Assembly: GCF_014695585.1 (NCBI RefSeq)
Contig: NZ_JACJON010000010.1
Coordinates: forward strand, 90,659-130,658
Origin: Microcoleus sp. FACHB-831
GTDB taxonomy: Bacteria > Cyanobacteriota > Cyanobacteriia > Cyanobacteriales > FACHB-T130
Direction: 5' to 3'
Length of the DNA: 40,000 nt
How positions within the stretch are numbered: position 1 is the stretch's first letter; each line of letters opens with the position of its first letter. This document shows positions 28,430-38,325 of the stretch, one piece after another. Position numbers and translations under genes: made by a program. The notes beneath the pieces are model-generated. The model saw only the letters and a list, made by a program, of their open reading frames with translations. It was not told the DNA's origin and did not search any database.

Positions 28430-28813
28430 TCAAAAACTGTAAGGAAGATGAATCCTGGGGTTAAGCTTCGCTTCCACAGGTTGTCCCCCCTTTAGATGTT
28501 CTTCCACTATCACAGGCACATCGCTAGGTTGTACTCGACAGTACCACGTCTCTTCCGGCACAATCCGCACAGTCGGGCCAGAGCTACACATTCCCTGACA
28601 ACCGCTGCTTGTCACCTCTACCCCCGCAACCTTAGCCGCCTGAAACGCTTCCAGCACCTCTGCCGAACCATTCGCCTGACAGGAGCGGTACTGGCAAACT
28701 ATTACGCAGCGCCGATCTAATGTATCTAAATTCTTTTGTTCTAAACCCGTTTCCACTATTTGTCCCAACTTTGTTACGGCGATCGCGACTTTACCCATCT
28801 TAATAATTCCCAT
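28430..28813 (-). CDS. Thioredoxin-like [2Fe-2S] ferredoxin
   Basis: Cys pattern CQYRSC...GCQGMCSSGP with a VRIVPEETWY tail, typical of thioredoxin-like 2Fe-2S ferredoxins. Confidence 0.8.
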   Translation of the reverse strand: MGIIKMGKVAIAVTKLGQIVETGLEQKNLDTLDRRCVIVCQYRSCQANGSAEVLEAFQAAKVAGVEVTSSGCQGMCSSGPTVRIVPEETWYCRVQPSDVPVIVEEHLKGGQPVEAKLNPRIHLPYSF

Positions 28814-28894
28814 CGCTAAAGCGCAAAGGGCGCGGGGGACAGCATGGTAATTAACTTGCTAGGATAATTCGGCAATCGACAATTCAAAACTTAC

Positions 28895-29863
28895 ATGACT
28901 TATCTCGAAACCGCAGCCAGTTTTTACAGTGAAGTCGCACAGACACCGCAAGTTGGCTTGTGCTGCGTCCAAAGCAGCCCCCTGCAACTACCAGGACTGA
29001 AAATTTCCGCGCAAATGCAGGAGATGAACTACGGCTGCGGCACGACCGTCCATGCAGCGGAACTGGCTAACTCGCCAACTGTACTTTATGTTGGCGTGGG
29101 CGGCGGCTTGGAAGCACTGCAATTTGCTTATTTTTCCCGTCGTGCTAGTGGCGTGATTGCAGTCGATCCCGTTGAAGCAATGCGCGAAGCTGCTAGTCGT
29201 AACCTGGCTATTGCTGCTAAAGATAACCCTTGGTTTGACCCAAGTTTTGTAGAAATCCGCGAAGGCGATGCTTTTGCTTTGCCCGTGCCAGATGCTTCTG
29301 TAGATGTAGTAGCACAAAATTGTTTGTTTAATATCTTTGAACCAGCCGATCTAAATAAGGCGCTGAAAGAAGCGTATCGGGTGTTAAAACCAGGCGGACG
29401 CTTGCTGATGAGCGACCCGATTGCTACTCGTCCAATTCCAGCGCATCTCCAGAAAGATGAACGGTTGCGGGCGATGTGTTTGTCTGGTGCTTTAACTTAC
29501 GAGCAGTATACTCAACACCTCATTGATGTTGGTTTTGGCCAGATAGAAGTTCGGGCGCGGCGTCCTTATCGGCTGCTAGACGCGCAAACCTATGGCATGG
29601 ATGAGAATTTGTTGTTAGAAAGTCTTGATTCTGTGTCTTTCAAAGTTGCCATTCCAGAAGATGGCGCGTGCATTTTTACGGGCAAGACTGCTATTTATGC
29701 AGGCAGAGAAGAGTTTTTTGATGATGGCGCTGGGCATATTCTTCAGCGCGGCGTCCCTGCGGCTGTGTGCGATAAGACGGCTGGAAAGCTGGGAGCATTA
29801 ATGCCAGAAGAGTTGTTAGTTACAGATTCAACTTGGCACTATATTGGTGGCGGTTGCTGTTAG
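28895..29863 (+). CDS. arsM: Arsenite S-adenosylmethionine methyltransferase-like protein
   Basis: N-terminal Cys pair (GLCCVQ), YGCGT, SAM motif LYVGVGGGLE, LKPGGRLLMSD. Later Cys residues and the position next to the ars genes also fit. Confidence 0.75.
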   Translation: MTYLETAASFYSEVAQTPQVGLCCVQSSPLQLPGLKISAQMQEMNYGCGTTVHAAELANSPTVLYVGVGGGLEALQFAYFSRRASGVIAVDPVEAMREAASRNLAIAAKDNPWFDPSFVEIREGDAFALPVPDASVDVVAQNCLFNIFEPADLNKALKEAYRVLKPGGRLLMSDPIATRPIPAHLQKDERLRAMCLSGALTYEQYTQHLIDVGFGQIEVRARRPYRLLDAQTYGMDENLLLESLDSVSFKVAIPEDGACIFTGKTAIYAGREEFFDDGAGHILQRGVPAAVCDKTAGKLGALMPEELLVTDSTWHYIGGGCC

Positions 29864-29950
29864 AAAATTTAGAGGTGACGGTTATCGCTGACTGACAAAT
29901 GTTTCTGTATAGGTTGGTTTTTTCGCCGTTCGGCCAAACAACAGCAATGA

Positions 29951-29992
29951 TAGGTTGGGTTTAGCTAGCACTCAACCCAACCTATTATTTTT
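29951..29992 (+). terminator. Intrinsic terminator of arsM
   Basis: Perfect 11-bp stem TAGGTTGGGTT / AACCCAACCTA with a 12-nt loop, followed by TTATTTTT. Confidence 0.7.
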
Positions 29993-30067
29993 CTAAGGCT
30001 TTCAACAGTTTTGTCAGTCAACCAGCGTCCGGGCATATGGCGCTTATTTTTTTGCAGGAAGGTAGAA

Positions 30068-31189
30068 GTGTCGATTTTTCTCATCGCTCTGTTGATAGCT
30101 ACTCTTTTTCTAGCTTATTCAAATGGAGCAAATGATAATTTCAAAGGTGTAGCAACGCTATTTGGCAGCGAAACAACAAGCTACAAAACAGCAATTTGGT
30201 GGGCAACTATTACCACGTTTGCGGGTTCCGCCTGCTCTATTTTTTTGGCAGAGACGCTGATTAAAAACTTTTCTGGTAAAGGATTGGTTCCAGATGCGAT
30301 CGCTGACGCAACAGATTTTCATTTAGCGATCGCAATTGCTACTGGCTTAACAGTTATGCTTGCTACCGTAACTGGATTTCCTATCTCCACTACGCACGGA
30401 TTAACAGGCTCGCTTGTCGGCGCTGGCTTAGTTGCAATTGGCACTAAAGTAAACTTTGCTACTCTGGGAAATGCGTTTTTTCTGCCTTTGTTACTTAGCC
30501 CGATAGTTGCTATAGGTTTGGGAGCGTTAGTTTACGGGTTATTCCGCTACATCAGAATACGTTCGGGGATTCAAAAAGAATGGTGTATTTGCGTTGGTAG
30601 TACTCAACAGTTAATTCCAATTCCCCAGCCTGATAGCACCAGCATTTTACAATGTGTCACTACCCCTGATGTGGCAATAGATTCACAAGAGAAATGCAGC
30701 CAAAGGTATAAAGGAAAGTTTTGGGGTATCAAAAGTCAGCAATTAGTTGATGCCTGTCATTTCTTTAGTGCCGGAATCGTCTGTTTTGCCAGAGGTTTGA
30801 ACGATACCCCAAAGATTGTTTCAATTATCCTGATTATTAAGGCTCTCTCTATTCAAGGGGGAATGTTTGCGGTAGCAGTTGCAATGGCATTAGGCGGTCT
30901 GCTGAATGCTAGAAAAGTTGCACAAACTATGAGCAAAAAAATTACCCAAATGAATGCTGGTCAAGGATTGGCTTCTAATCTGGTGACAGGATTTCTAGTT
31001 ATTGCTGCTAGTAACTATGGGCTTCCTGTTTCAACTACTCATGTTTCAGTTGGATCAATTTTTGGGGGCGGCTTAGTTTCAAAGAAAGCTAATGTACAAG
31101 TATTCTATCAAATCTTGCTTTCCTGGATTTTGACTTTACCAATTGCAGCTAGCCTGAGTGCGATTGTTTACTGGATATTGCATAGATAA
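30068..31189 (+). CDS. PiT-family inorganic anion (phosphate) transporter
   Basis: NGANDNFKGVAT in the first half and GLNDTPK in the second half (duplicated PiT signature). The protein is polytopic. I prefer the GTG at 30068 (GGAAGG upstream) to the TTG at 30011. Confidence 0.85.
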   Translation: MSIFLIALLIATLFLAYSNGANDNFKGVATLFGSETTSYKTAIWWATITTFAGSACSIFLAETLIKNFSGKGLVPDAIADATDFHLAIAIATGLTVMLATVTGFPISTTHGLTGSLVGAGLVAIGTKVNFATLGNAFFLPLLLSPIVAIGLGALVYGLFRYIRIRSGIQKEWCICVGSTQQLIPIPQPDSTSILQCVTTPDVAIDSQEKCSQRYKGKFWGIKSQQLVDACHFFSAGIVCFARGLNDTPKIVSIILIIKALSIQGGMFAVAVAMALGGLLNARKVAQTMSKKITQMNAGQGLASNLVTGFLVIAASNYGLPVSTTHVSVGSIFGGGLVSKKANVQVFYQILLSWILTLPIAASLSAIVYWILHR

Positions 31190-31210
31190 AAAATCTAGCA
31201 GACATTTAAG

Positions 31211-31234
31211 CAGGAGGCGATCGCCTCCTGTTTT
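31211..31234 (+). terminator. Intrinsic terminator of the PiT gene
   Basis: The palindrome CAGGAGGCGATCGCCTCCTG is centred on a HIP1 site and is followed by TTTT. Confidence 0.7.
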
Positions 31235-31350
31235 GGTACAGCGATTATGCCCTTTGCAGATATGCAATCCATCCTTGCCAGCCATGTTTATTACATCTGT
31301 TTGTCTAATGTTTGGTTAGGATAGCTGAATAGACGTTCCACTAAAACTTG

Positions 31351-31674
31351 ATGGTTAACACATCTGCGATCGCACCAGCTTCTATCGTTTCTGGCTTTCA
31401 TGCCCTGTCTGACCCCCTGCGCCTTCAAGTCCTGGACTTGCTCCGCGAACAAGAATTATGCGTGTGCGACTTATGCGAAAAATTGGGGGTCACTCAGTCT
31501 AAACTTTCCTTTCATCTGAAAACACTCAAAGAAGCAGGTTTAGTAAGCGCCCGCCAGCAAGGACGCTGGATTTACTACAGCCTCAATCTCTCCCAGTTTG
31601 TCGTTTTGGAGCAGTATTTGGCAGAGTACCGCAGCATAGGCGCTATCCTACCGAGTCGCTGCTGCCAAGAATAA
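31351..31674 (+). CDS. arsR: ArsR/SmtB-family metalloregulator
   Basis: LSDPLRLQVLDLL, the ELCVCDL metalloid-binding motif, and a wHTH segment (SKLSFHLKTLKEAGLV). Confidence 0.9.
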   Translation: MVNTSAIAPASIVSGFHALSDPLRLQVLDLLREQELCVCDLCEKLGVTQSKLSFHLKTLKEAGLVSARQQGRWIYYSLNLSQFVVLEQYLAEYRSIGAILPSRCCQE

Positions 31675-31676
31675 AT

Positions 31677-31704
31677 TTGACACATCAAGTTTTTTTGATA
31701 TATT
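31677..31704 (+). promoter_or_regulatory. Candidate promoter with a small operator-like inverted repeat, upstream of the aquaporin-arsC(-arsH) genes
   Basis: TTGACA (31677-31682), 16-nt spacer, TATATT (31699-31704). The spacer contains ATCAA-6 nt-TTGAT. Confidence 0.4.
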
Positions 31705-31779
31705 AATTTCATAGGTGCAAGATGTCTATTCTTGCTCTAGAGATTTTGATTTAAATAATAGACTTATCTGGTACTTGGG

Positions 31780-32493
31780 ATGGATAGGAAGCCAGTTTCT
31801 AGGATTGCTATTTGGCAGTCCGTTAATTACTGCTGGCGCGAGGCGGCTGTGGAGGCAATTGGCACTTTTGTTCTAGTCTTTGCTGGTACTGGTGCTGTAA
31901 TGGTCAACTTTATCAGCGATGGAGCCTTAACCCATCTTGGTATTAGTTTTGTATTTGGTGCGGTCGTTGCTGCTTTAATTTACGCGACGGGACACATTAG
32001 CGGCGCACATTTTAACCCAGCGGTGACGTTAGCTTTTTGGACGAGTGGATTTTTCCCAAAACGCAAAGTAGTGCCCTATATTTTGTCGCAAATAGTAGGA
32101 GCGATCGCAGCCTCAACTTTACTGTTACTGTCCTTGGGAACAGTAGCAAATTTAGGCGCAACTTTACCCCTAAACGATAACTGGTTGCAATCTCTAATTC
32201 TGGAAACAGTTCTAACATTTATCCTAATGTTTGTTATCCTGGGTTCTGGCCTTGACCGTCGCGCACCGATTGGTTTTGCAGGTCTAGCAATAGGATTAAC
32301 TGTAGGCTTAGAAGCTGCATTTATGGGGCCAATTACTGGCGCTAGCATGAACCCGGCGCGGTCATTTGGCCCAGCAATTGTAGGAGGAATTTGGCAGCAC
32401 CAGTGGGTTTATTGGGTTGCGCCTATTTTAGGAGGGCAACTAGCTGTTTTGGTTTACCGGATAATATCCAACGGATTTCGCGATATCAAGTAA
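31780..32493 (+). CDS. MIP-family channel (aquaglyceroporin-like, probable arsenite channel)
   Basis: Two NPA boxes (HFNPAVT, SMNPARS), a six-TM pattern, and a position between arsR and arsC. Confidence 0.9.
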   Translation: MDRKPVSRIAIWQSVNYCWREAAVEAIGTFVLVFAGTGAVMVNFISDGALTHLGISFVFGAVVAALIYATGHISGAHFNPAVTLAFWTSGFFPKRKVVPYILSQIVGAIAASTLLLLSLGTVANLGATLPLNDNWLQSLILETVLTFILMFVILGSGLDRRAPIGFAGLAIGLTVGLEAAFMGPITGASMNPARSFGPAIVGGIWQHQWVYWVAPILGGQLAVLVYRIISNGFRDIK

Positions 32494-32506
32494 GCGAGGG
32501 AAATAA

Positions 32507-32902
32507 ATGAAAAGCGTGATGTTTGTTTGCAAGAAAAATTCGCGGCGATCGCACATGGCAGAGGGATTTGCTAAAACGCTTGGAAAAGGCAAAATATTAG
32601 TCACCAGTTCTGGACTAGAAGCAAGTAAGGTAGACCCTATAACAATTCAAGTCATGGATGAAATTGGTATTGATATCAGCGACCAAAAATCTAAGGCTTT
32701 AAGTGATTTTAAGCCGGAAGACTACGATGCAGTTATATCCCTGTGCGGCTGTGGAGTAAACTTGCCGAGGGATTGGGTATTGCGAGAAGTTTTCCAAGAT
32801 TGGCAACTCGACGATCCAGAAGGACACTCTATAGAAACCTTCCGCCGCGTTCGCGATGAAGTCAAAGAACGAGTAGAAAAGTTAATTGCATCTCTCAATT
32901 AA
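32507..32902 (+). CDS. arsC: Arsenate reductase, LMW-PTPase family (Synechocystis-type Cys8/Cys80/Cys82)
   Basis: P-loop C8-KKNSR-RS. Cys80 and Cys82 sit in ISLCGCG by my residue count. Confidence 0.9.
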   Translation: MKSVMFVCKKNSRRSHMAEGFAKTLGKGKILVTSSGLEASKVDPITIQVMDEIGIDISDQKSKALSDFKPEDYDAVISLCGCGVNLPRDWVLREVFQDWQLDDPEGHSIETFRRVRDEVKERVEKLIASLN

Positions 32903-32969
32903 TTAGACAGACATAAATAAAGAAAACAAAAAACCTACAGACCCCTGAATATTAAAACAGCGGGTTAAC

Positions 32970-33011
32970 TTCTCCTATCTTTGTAAGAGAGGGGTAGGGG
33001 AGAGGTTTTTT
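32970..33011 (+). terminator. Candidate intrinsic terminator/attenuator between arsC and arsH
   Basis: TTCTCCTATC pairs with GGTA(GG)GGAGAG (10 bp including wobbles, with a 2-nt bulge) and is followed by T6. Confidence 0.55.
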
Positions 33012-33054
33012 ATTTAATTGTCTTTACTTACTTACTTACAAATTACGGATTTGT

Positions 33055-33681
33055 ATGACAACTTTCGATCATCCACCCAGAATTTTGTTTTTGTATGGCT
33101 CTTTAAGAGAGCGTTCCTATAGTCGTTTGTTAGCAGAGGAAGCTGCTAGAATCATCCAAGATTTTGGTGCAGAGACGAAATTTTTTGACCCGCGTGAGTT
33201 ACCAATTTACGGTAGCGTACCAGATACACACCCGAAAGTTCAAGAATTGCGACAATTGAGTTTGTGGTCTGAAGGTCAAGTATGGTCTAGTCCAGAAATG
33301 CACGGCAATATTACAGGAATTCTTAAAAACCAAATTGACTGGATTCCCTTAGAGATAGGGGCAGTTAGACCTACTCAAGGTAGAACTTTAGCAGTAATGC
33401 AGGTAAGCGGTGGTTCGCAGTCGTTTAATGCGGTGAATACGATGCGAATTTTGGGACGATGGATGCGGATGTTTACTATTCCCAATCAATCTTCGGTTGC
33501 TAAAGCTTATCAAGAGTTCAATGAAGACGGAACCATGAAGGATTCTGCCTACCGCGATCGCGCTATCGATGTGATGGAAGAACTTTACAAGTTCACTTTC
33601 CTCCTCCGAGACAAAGTAGATTACCTCACAGATCGCTACAGCGAACGCAAGGAAAAAGCACCTACAAAACCCATCCTGTAA
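33055..33681 (+). CDS. arsH: ArsH, NADPH-dependent FMN reductase
   Basis: [17 protein letters not shown] flavodoxin-like motif, SPEMHG, and an ArsH-type C-terminal extension. Confidence 0.9.
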   Translation: MTTFDHPPRILFLYGSLRERSYSRLLAEEAARIIQDFGAETKFFDPRELPIYGSVPDTHPKVQELRQLSLWSEGQVWSSPEMHGNITGILKNQIDWIPLEIGAVRPTQGRTLAVMQVSGGSQSFNAVNTMRILGRWMRMFTIPNQSSVAKAYQEFNEDGTMKDSAYRDRAIDVMEELYKFTFLLRDKVDYLTDRYSERKEKAPTKPIL

Positions 33682-34729
33682 TTCCTCTGTCTATCTGAGT
33701 AACTTTTCTACAAATTCGATGCAATAATTTTTGAATATCGGCGCAAGTTGACCGCCCTGCTACGCGGGTTTATAGGAGAGGTAAGGATACTATTAATGTT
33801 GAATTTCCTCTACCTATTTATCATTAATACCGTTCGGATATATAGAGCGATCGCTCCTTAGTCGGCAGATTTACGATAAATCTTTAATATACGAAGTCCA
33901 ATTTTCAGGAAAGATGCTATTTTTAATAAGTATATTTTCTTACTCCGCTTCTTATAACAAATTTTTTATAGTCAATGTATTTGCCTCAAACGTCTATTCT
34001 TTCTAGGGTTGGGGCTATAAAAGTTGGCAAGCCTGATAATAAAAAAATGATTAACGTAGTTTTTCTACTTTTTATTTAAAAGTAAAAATTTGATTTGGTA
34101 CAACGCTCCGCAGTTATTAGACTAAGCCAATATATACATTCTTGTCGCTTTTTTAGGCTAAACTAGGCATCTGCCTAAAGGTATAGTTTTTATTTCTTCA
34201 AGCTAGTTTGAGTAGTTTGAGAATCTGCAAACAGCGATCGCGGTTCATCTATTGACATTTTTTTTATTACCCCAGGCAGTAGTGACTTAGGCAAGCGAAA
34301 TCCCCACCAGTCAAAGACTTGAGGCTATTATCAGCTAAAAAATATACACTAAAAAAGTAAAATTTTCATAGCATCTAATAGCTAAATACTTCCAAAATTG
34401 ACCTATGCCTTTAGGAGTAAATAAATATAGTAAACTTTTATTAATTCAAGTTTTAAGTTAATAATTTCTATTGATTGGTGTTTCTTTTCAGGGCGCTGAG
34501 AAAATTCTCAAAAGTTTTGTTATATTACTGAAGTCATGCTTAATTGACCGAGAAGCATTTTATACAAGTTGGCGATCGGCTGAGAATATTTTGTTGTTTC
34601 CTACTCATCAGTCATAAAGAACTTAAAGGCATAAACTTAGCCAAATTTATGCCAAACATAAATCACATCAAGGCTTTTTGAAGCCAATTTTCTGCTGACC
34701 AATTTAAACATTTGTAGAAACCCACCCTC

Positions 34730-35980
34730 ATGAGTATTGTCCGAACAAAGCTAGAAGCTACCGAAAACGCATTTCACGTTGAGAGCTACGAAAAAATTGA
34801 ATACAGCCTCGTCTACGTGGATGGTGTTTTCGATATTCAGAATTCAGAAATTGCCGACAGCTACAAGAAATTTGGGCGCTGCCTTGCAGTTGTTGATGCC
34901 AATGTCAATCGCTTGTACGGTGAGAAAATCCAGTCTTATTTCCAACATTACAACATCGATCTCAGGTTATTTCCTATCTATATTCCCGAACTCGACAAAA
35001 ATCTGAAGACGGTAGAGAAAATTGTTGATGCTTTTGCGGAATTTGGATTAGTTCGCAAAGAGCCAGTGTTGGTGGTTGGAGGCGGCTTAATTACTGATGT
35101 AGCAGGTTTTGCCTGTTCTAGCTACCATCGTAGCAGTAACTATATTCGCATTCCCACTACTTTAATCGGGTTAATTGATGCCAGCGTAGCAATCAAAGTG
35201 GCAGTCAATCACAAGAAACTAAAAAATCGCCTGGGTGCTTATCACGCTTCTCAAAAAGTTATCCTTGATTTTTCGTTTCTAGGTACCTTGCCAACAGCTC
35301 AAGTCCGCAATGGAATGGCAGAATTAGTGAAAATTGCTGTTGTTTCCGAAGGGGAAGTTTTTGAGTTGTTGGAGAAGTATGGCGAACAACTGCTGCATAC
35401 CCATTTTGGCTATGTGGACGCAACTCCAGAAATTCAAGAGATAGGTCATCAGCTTAACTATAAGGCGATTAAACGAATGCTAGAGTTGGAAGTCCCCAAC
35501 CTGCACGAGTTGGAACTAGACCGCATTATTGCTTACGGTCATACCTGGAGTCCCACGCTGGAACTTGCACCCCGCGTACTTTTGTATCACGGTCATGCGG
35601 TGAATATTGATATGGCATTCTCAGCCACAATTGCTCATAAACGGGGATATATCACCACCCAAGAACGCGATCGCATCCTGGGATTAATGAGTCGCCTGGG
35701 TTTATCACTTGACCATCCCCTCCTCGACATCGATCTGCTGTGGCGTGCAACAGAGTCTATTACCAAGACGCGGGATGGCAAACAACGCGCCGCCATGCCT
35801 TGTCCCATCGGTAGTTGCTTCTTCGCCAACGATCTAACGCGGCAAGAACTGGAAGAAGCGCTTGCTATTCACAAGCGTCTGTGTGCCAACTACCCTCGCG
35901 GTGGTGCGGGTATTGACGCTTACGTGGAAAGCGAGCAAGTCGAAAGCGAACTACCTGAATTAGTTGGGAGTGGAGTATGA
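34730..35980 (+). CDS. mysA: Sedoheptulose-7-phosphate cyclase (demethyl-4-deoxygadusol synthase, DHQS-like)
   Basis: DHQS-like fold ([35 protein letters not shown]). It is followed by the O-methyltransferase and ATP-grasp genes of the MAA pathway. Confidence 0.9.
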   Translation: MSIVRTKLEATENAFHVESYEKIEYSLVYVDGVFDIQNSEIADSYKKFGRCLAVVDANVNRLYGEKIQSYFQHYNIDLRLFPIYIPELDKNLKTVEKIVDAFAEFGLVRKEPVLVVGGGLITDVAGFACSSYHRSSNYIRIPTTLIGLIDASVAIKVAVNHKKLKNRLGAYHASQKVILDFSFLGTLPTAQVRNGMAELVKIAVVSEGEVFELLEKYGEQLLHTHFGYVDATPEIQEIGHQLNYKAIKRMLELEVPNLHELELDRIIAYGHTWSPTLELAPRVLLYHGHAVNIDMAFSATIAHKRGYITTQERDRILGLMSRLGLSLDHPLLDIDLLWRATESITKTRDGKQRAAMPCPIGSCFFANDLTRQELEEALAIHKRLCANYPRGGAGIDAYVESEQVESELPELVGSGV

Positions 35981-36807
35981 GCGAGACTCTGGTCAGAAAC
36001 CAGGCAAGACCAGTAACTCCCTTGGGGATTTTGGTGGAAAAGCTGGAAACCATCCTCAAAATGACCCAAGACGCAACTGTTCGTGGCGAAATTGCAGATG
36101 CTCTCAAGCAGGCGTATCAACTGGCAGCAGGTATAGATCCGTACCTGGAAGCGGTTAGCACCCAGGAATCTCCAGCCTTAGCAGCGTTAGCTAAAAAGAC
36201 TAGGGAAGAACCTTGGAGCAAGCGGTTTTCAGATCGAGCAACCGTGCGTCAGTTGGAACAAGAGATGCTCTCCGGACACCTTGAAGGACAAACTCTGAAG
36301 ATGTTTGTCTGCATGAGTGGCGCAAAAAACATCTTGGAAATTGGGATGTTTACAGGGTACTCGGCACTGGCAATGGCAGAAGCGTTACCAGAAGATGGAC
36401 GAGTGGTTGCTTGTGAGGTGGATGAATATGTAGCTAATTTCGCTGCATCCTGCTTTCAAGAGTCGCCGCACGGGAGCAAAATTTCTATAGAAGTTGCTCC
36501 GGCTTTGGAGACGCTTCGCAAATTAGCAAAGGCGGGAGAGTCCTTCGATTTGGTGTTTATTGATGCCGATAAGAAGGAGTATATCGACTATTTCAAGCTG
36601 CTGCTAGATACCAATTTGCTGGCGCCAAACGGGTTTATATGCGTGGATAATACCTTGCTCCAGGGACAACCATATTTGCCACCAGAGCAACAAACGCCGA
36701 ATGGGGAAGCGATCGCGCAATTCAACCGCGTCGTTGCTGACGATCCAAGAGTTGAACAGGTGTTGCTACCCTTGCGAGATGGTTTGACTATCATCCGGCG
36801 AGTGTAA
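35977..36807 (+). CDS. mysB: O-methyltransferase (4-deoxygadusol-forming)
   Basis: ATGA start/stop overlap with mysA. Cation-dependent OMT motifs ([26 protein letters not shown]). Confidence 0.9.
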   Translation: MSETLVRNQARPVTPLGILVEKLETILKMTQDATVRGEIADALKQAYQLAAGIDPYLEAVSTQESPALAALAKKTREEPWSKRFSDRATVRQLEQEMLSGHLEGQTLKMFVCMSGAKNILEIGMFTGYSALAMAEALPEDGRVVACEVDEYVANFAASCFQESPHGSKISIEVAPALETLRKLAKAGESFDLVFIDADKKEYIDYFKLLLDTNLLAPNGFICVDNTLLQGQPYLPPEQQTPNGEAIAQFNRVVADDPRVEQVLLPLRDGLTIIRRV

Positions 36808-36819
36808 TTTGAGTTTTTT

Positions 36820-36848
36820 CTCGTTCCCAGGTTCAACCTGGGAACGAG
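36820..36848 (+). other. Perfect 14-bp inverted repeat hairpin between mysB and mysC
   Basis: CTCGTTCCCAGGTT-C-AACCTGGGAACGAG. It is preceded by T6 and has no U-tract after it. Confidence 0.8.
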
Positions 36849-36905
36849 TGACACAACCCCCAACAAAAATTCTTTTTCATTTTGAATACAAACTTTTTAT
36901 AACTA

Positions 36906-38246
36906 ATGGCGCGTATTTTTGCAGTGTTTCAAAATTTAGGGACGCTGGCGTTACTAGCGATCGCTTTTCCTTTTAACCTCACGGTTGTATTAGCAGCGCT
37001 ACTGTGGAATATGGTTAGTAAACCGTTTCAAAAGCCAGTAGTAAACCCAAACCCGAAAAATATCATGCTGACTGGCGGTAAGATGACGAAGGCGCTGCAA
37101 CTGGCGCGATCGTTTCATGCTGCTGGACATCGGGTTGTTTTAGTTGAAGCGCACAAATATTGGTTAGTAGGTCATCGCTTTTCTAACGCGGTCGATCGCT
37201 TTTATACCGTTCCCGCACCGCAGAAAGACCCAGAAGGTTACACTCAAGCCTTGCTTGCGATCGCCAAACAAGAAAACATCGACGTTTACGTTCCTGTTTG
37301 CAGTCCCGTCCAAAGCTACTATGACTCCTTAGCAAAGCCAGTGTTATCTGGTTGTTGCGAGGTGTTCCATCTCGATGCTGACGAGACGAAGATGCTCGAT
37401 GAGAAGTTTGCCTTTGCAGAAAAAGCGCGATCTATAGGTTTATCTGTCCCGAAAACCTTCCTAATTACGGAACCCGAACAAGTTCTCAACTTCGACTTTT
37501 CCAACGAGAAGCGCAAATACATCCTCAAAAGTATTGCCTACGACTCGGTGCATCGCTTGGATATGACTAAGTACCCGATGGAGTCGAAAGAAGCAATGGC
37601 GGTACACGTTCGGAGTCTGCCAATAAGCGAGGAAAACCCTTGGATTATGCAGGAATTCATTCCTGGCAAAGAATACTGCACGCACAGCACAGTGAGAAAT
37701 GGCGAGTTGAGGGTTCACTGTTGCTGCGAATCATCCGCCTTCCAAGTCAACTATGAAAATGTGGAGAACCCAAGGATTTTTCAGTGGGTGAATCATTTTG
37801 TCAAAGAACTCAAGCTGACTGGACAAGTTTCTTTCGACTTCATCGAAGCAGAAGATGGAACGGTTTATGCGATCGAGTGCAACCCGCGCACCCACTCAGC
37901 TATCACCATGTTCTATAACCATCCCAAACTGGCGGATGCGTATCTGAGCGATGCACCAGACCCCGAATACCCCTTGCAGCCTTTGCCAGATAGTAAACCA
38001 ACCTATTGGTTATACCACGAAGTTTGGCGGCTGACTGGTATTAGGTCATTCGGTCAACTGCAAAGATGGATTAACACGATTTTAAGAGGTAAAGATGCGA
38101 TTTTCAGTATTAGTGACCCCCTGCCATTTTTAGCCGTTCACCACTGGCAAATTCCCCTACTTTTACTCAACAACCTGCAAAGACTCAAAGGCTGGATAAG
38201 AATAGATTTTAACATTGGCAAGTTAGTAGAGATAGGGGGCGACTGA
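36906..38246 (+). CDS. mysC: ATP-grasp ligase (mycosporine-glycine synthase type)
   Basis: 446-aa ATP-grasp-like protein with an N-terminal hydrophobic segment (IMLTGGKMTKALQLARS..., ECNPRTHS), in the canonical position after mysA and mysB. Confidence 0.85.
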   Translation: MARIFAVFQNLGTLALLAIAFPFNLTVVLAALLWNMVSKPFQKPVVNPNPKNIMLTGGKMTKALQLARSFHAAGHRVVLVEAHKYWLVGHRFSNAVDRFYTVPAPQKDPEGYTQALLAIAKQENIDVYVPVCSPVQSYYDSLAKPVLSGCCEVFHLDADETKMLDEKFAFAEKARSIGLSVPKTFLITEPEQVLNFDFSNEKRKYILKSIAYDSVHRLDMTKYPMESKEAMAVHVRSLPISEENPWIMQEFIPGKEYCTHSTVRNGELRVHCCCESSAFQVNYENVENPRIFQWVNHFVKELKLTGQVSFDFIEAEDGTVYAIECNPRTHSAITMFYNHPKLADAYLSDAPDPEYPLQPLPDSKPTYWLYHEVWRLTGIRSFGQLQRWINTILRGKDAIFSISDPLPFLAVHHWQIPLLLLNNLQRLKGWIRIDFNIGKLVEIGGD

Positions 38247-38325
38247 GTAGGCTAAGGGTTTGTCCACCCTTTAGTTGTTTCCCGGCTCTAATTAGCCCAG
38301 TTAGCAAAAAGACCGTGAACTTCAA

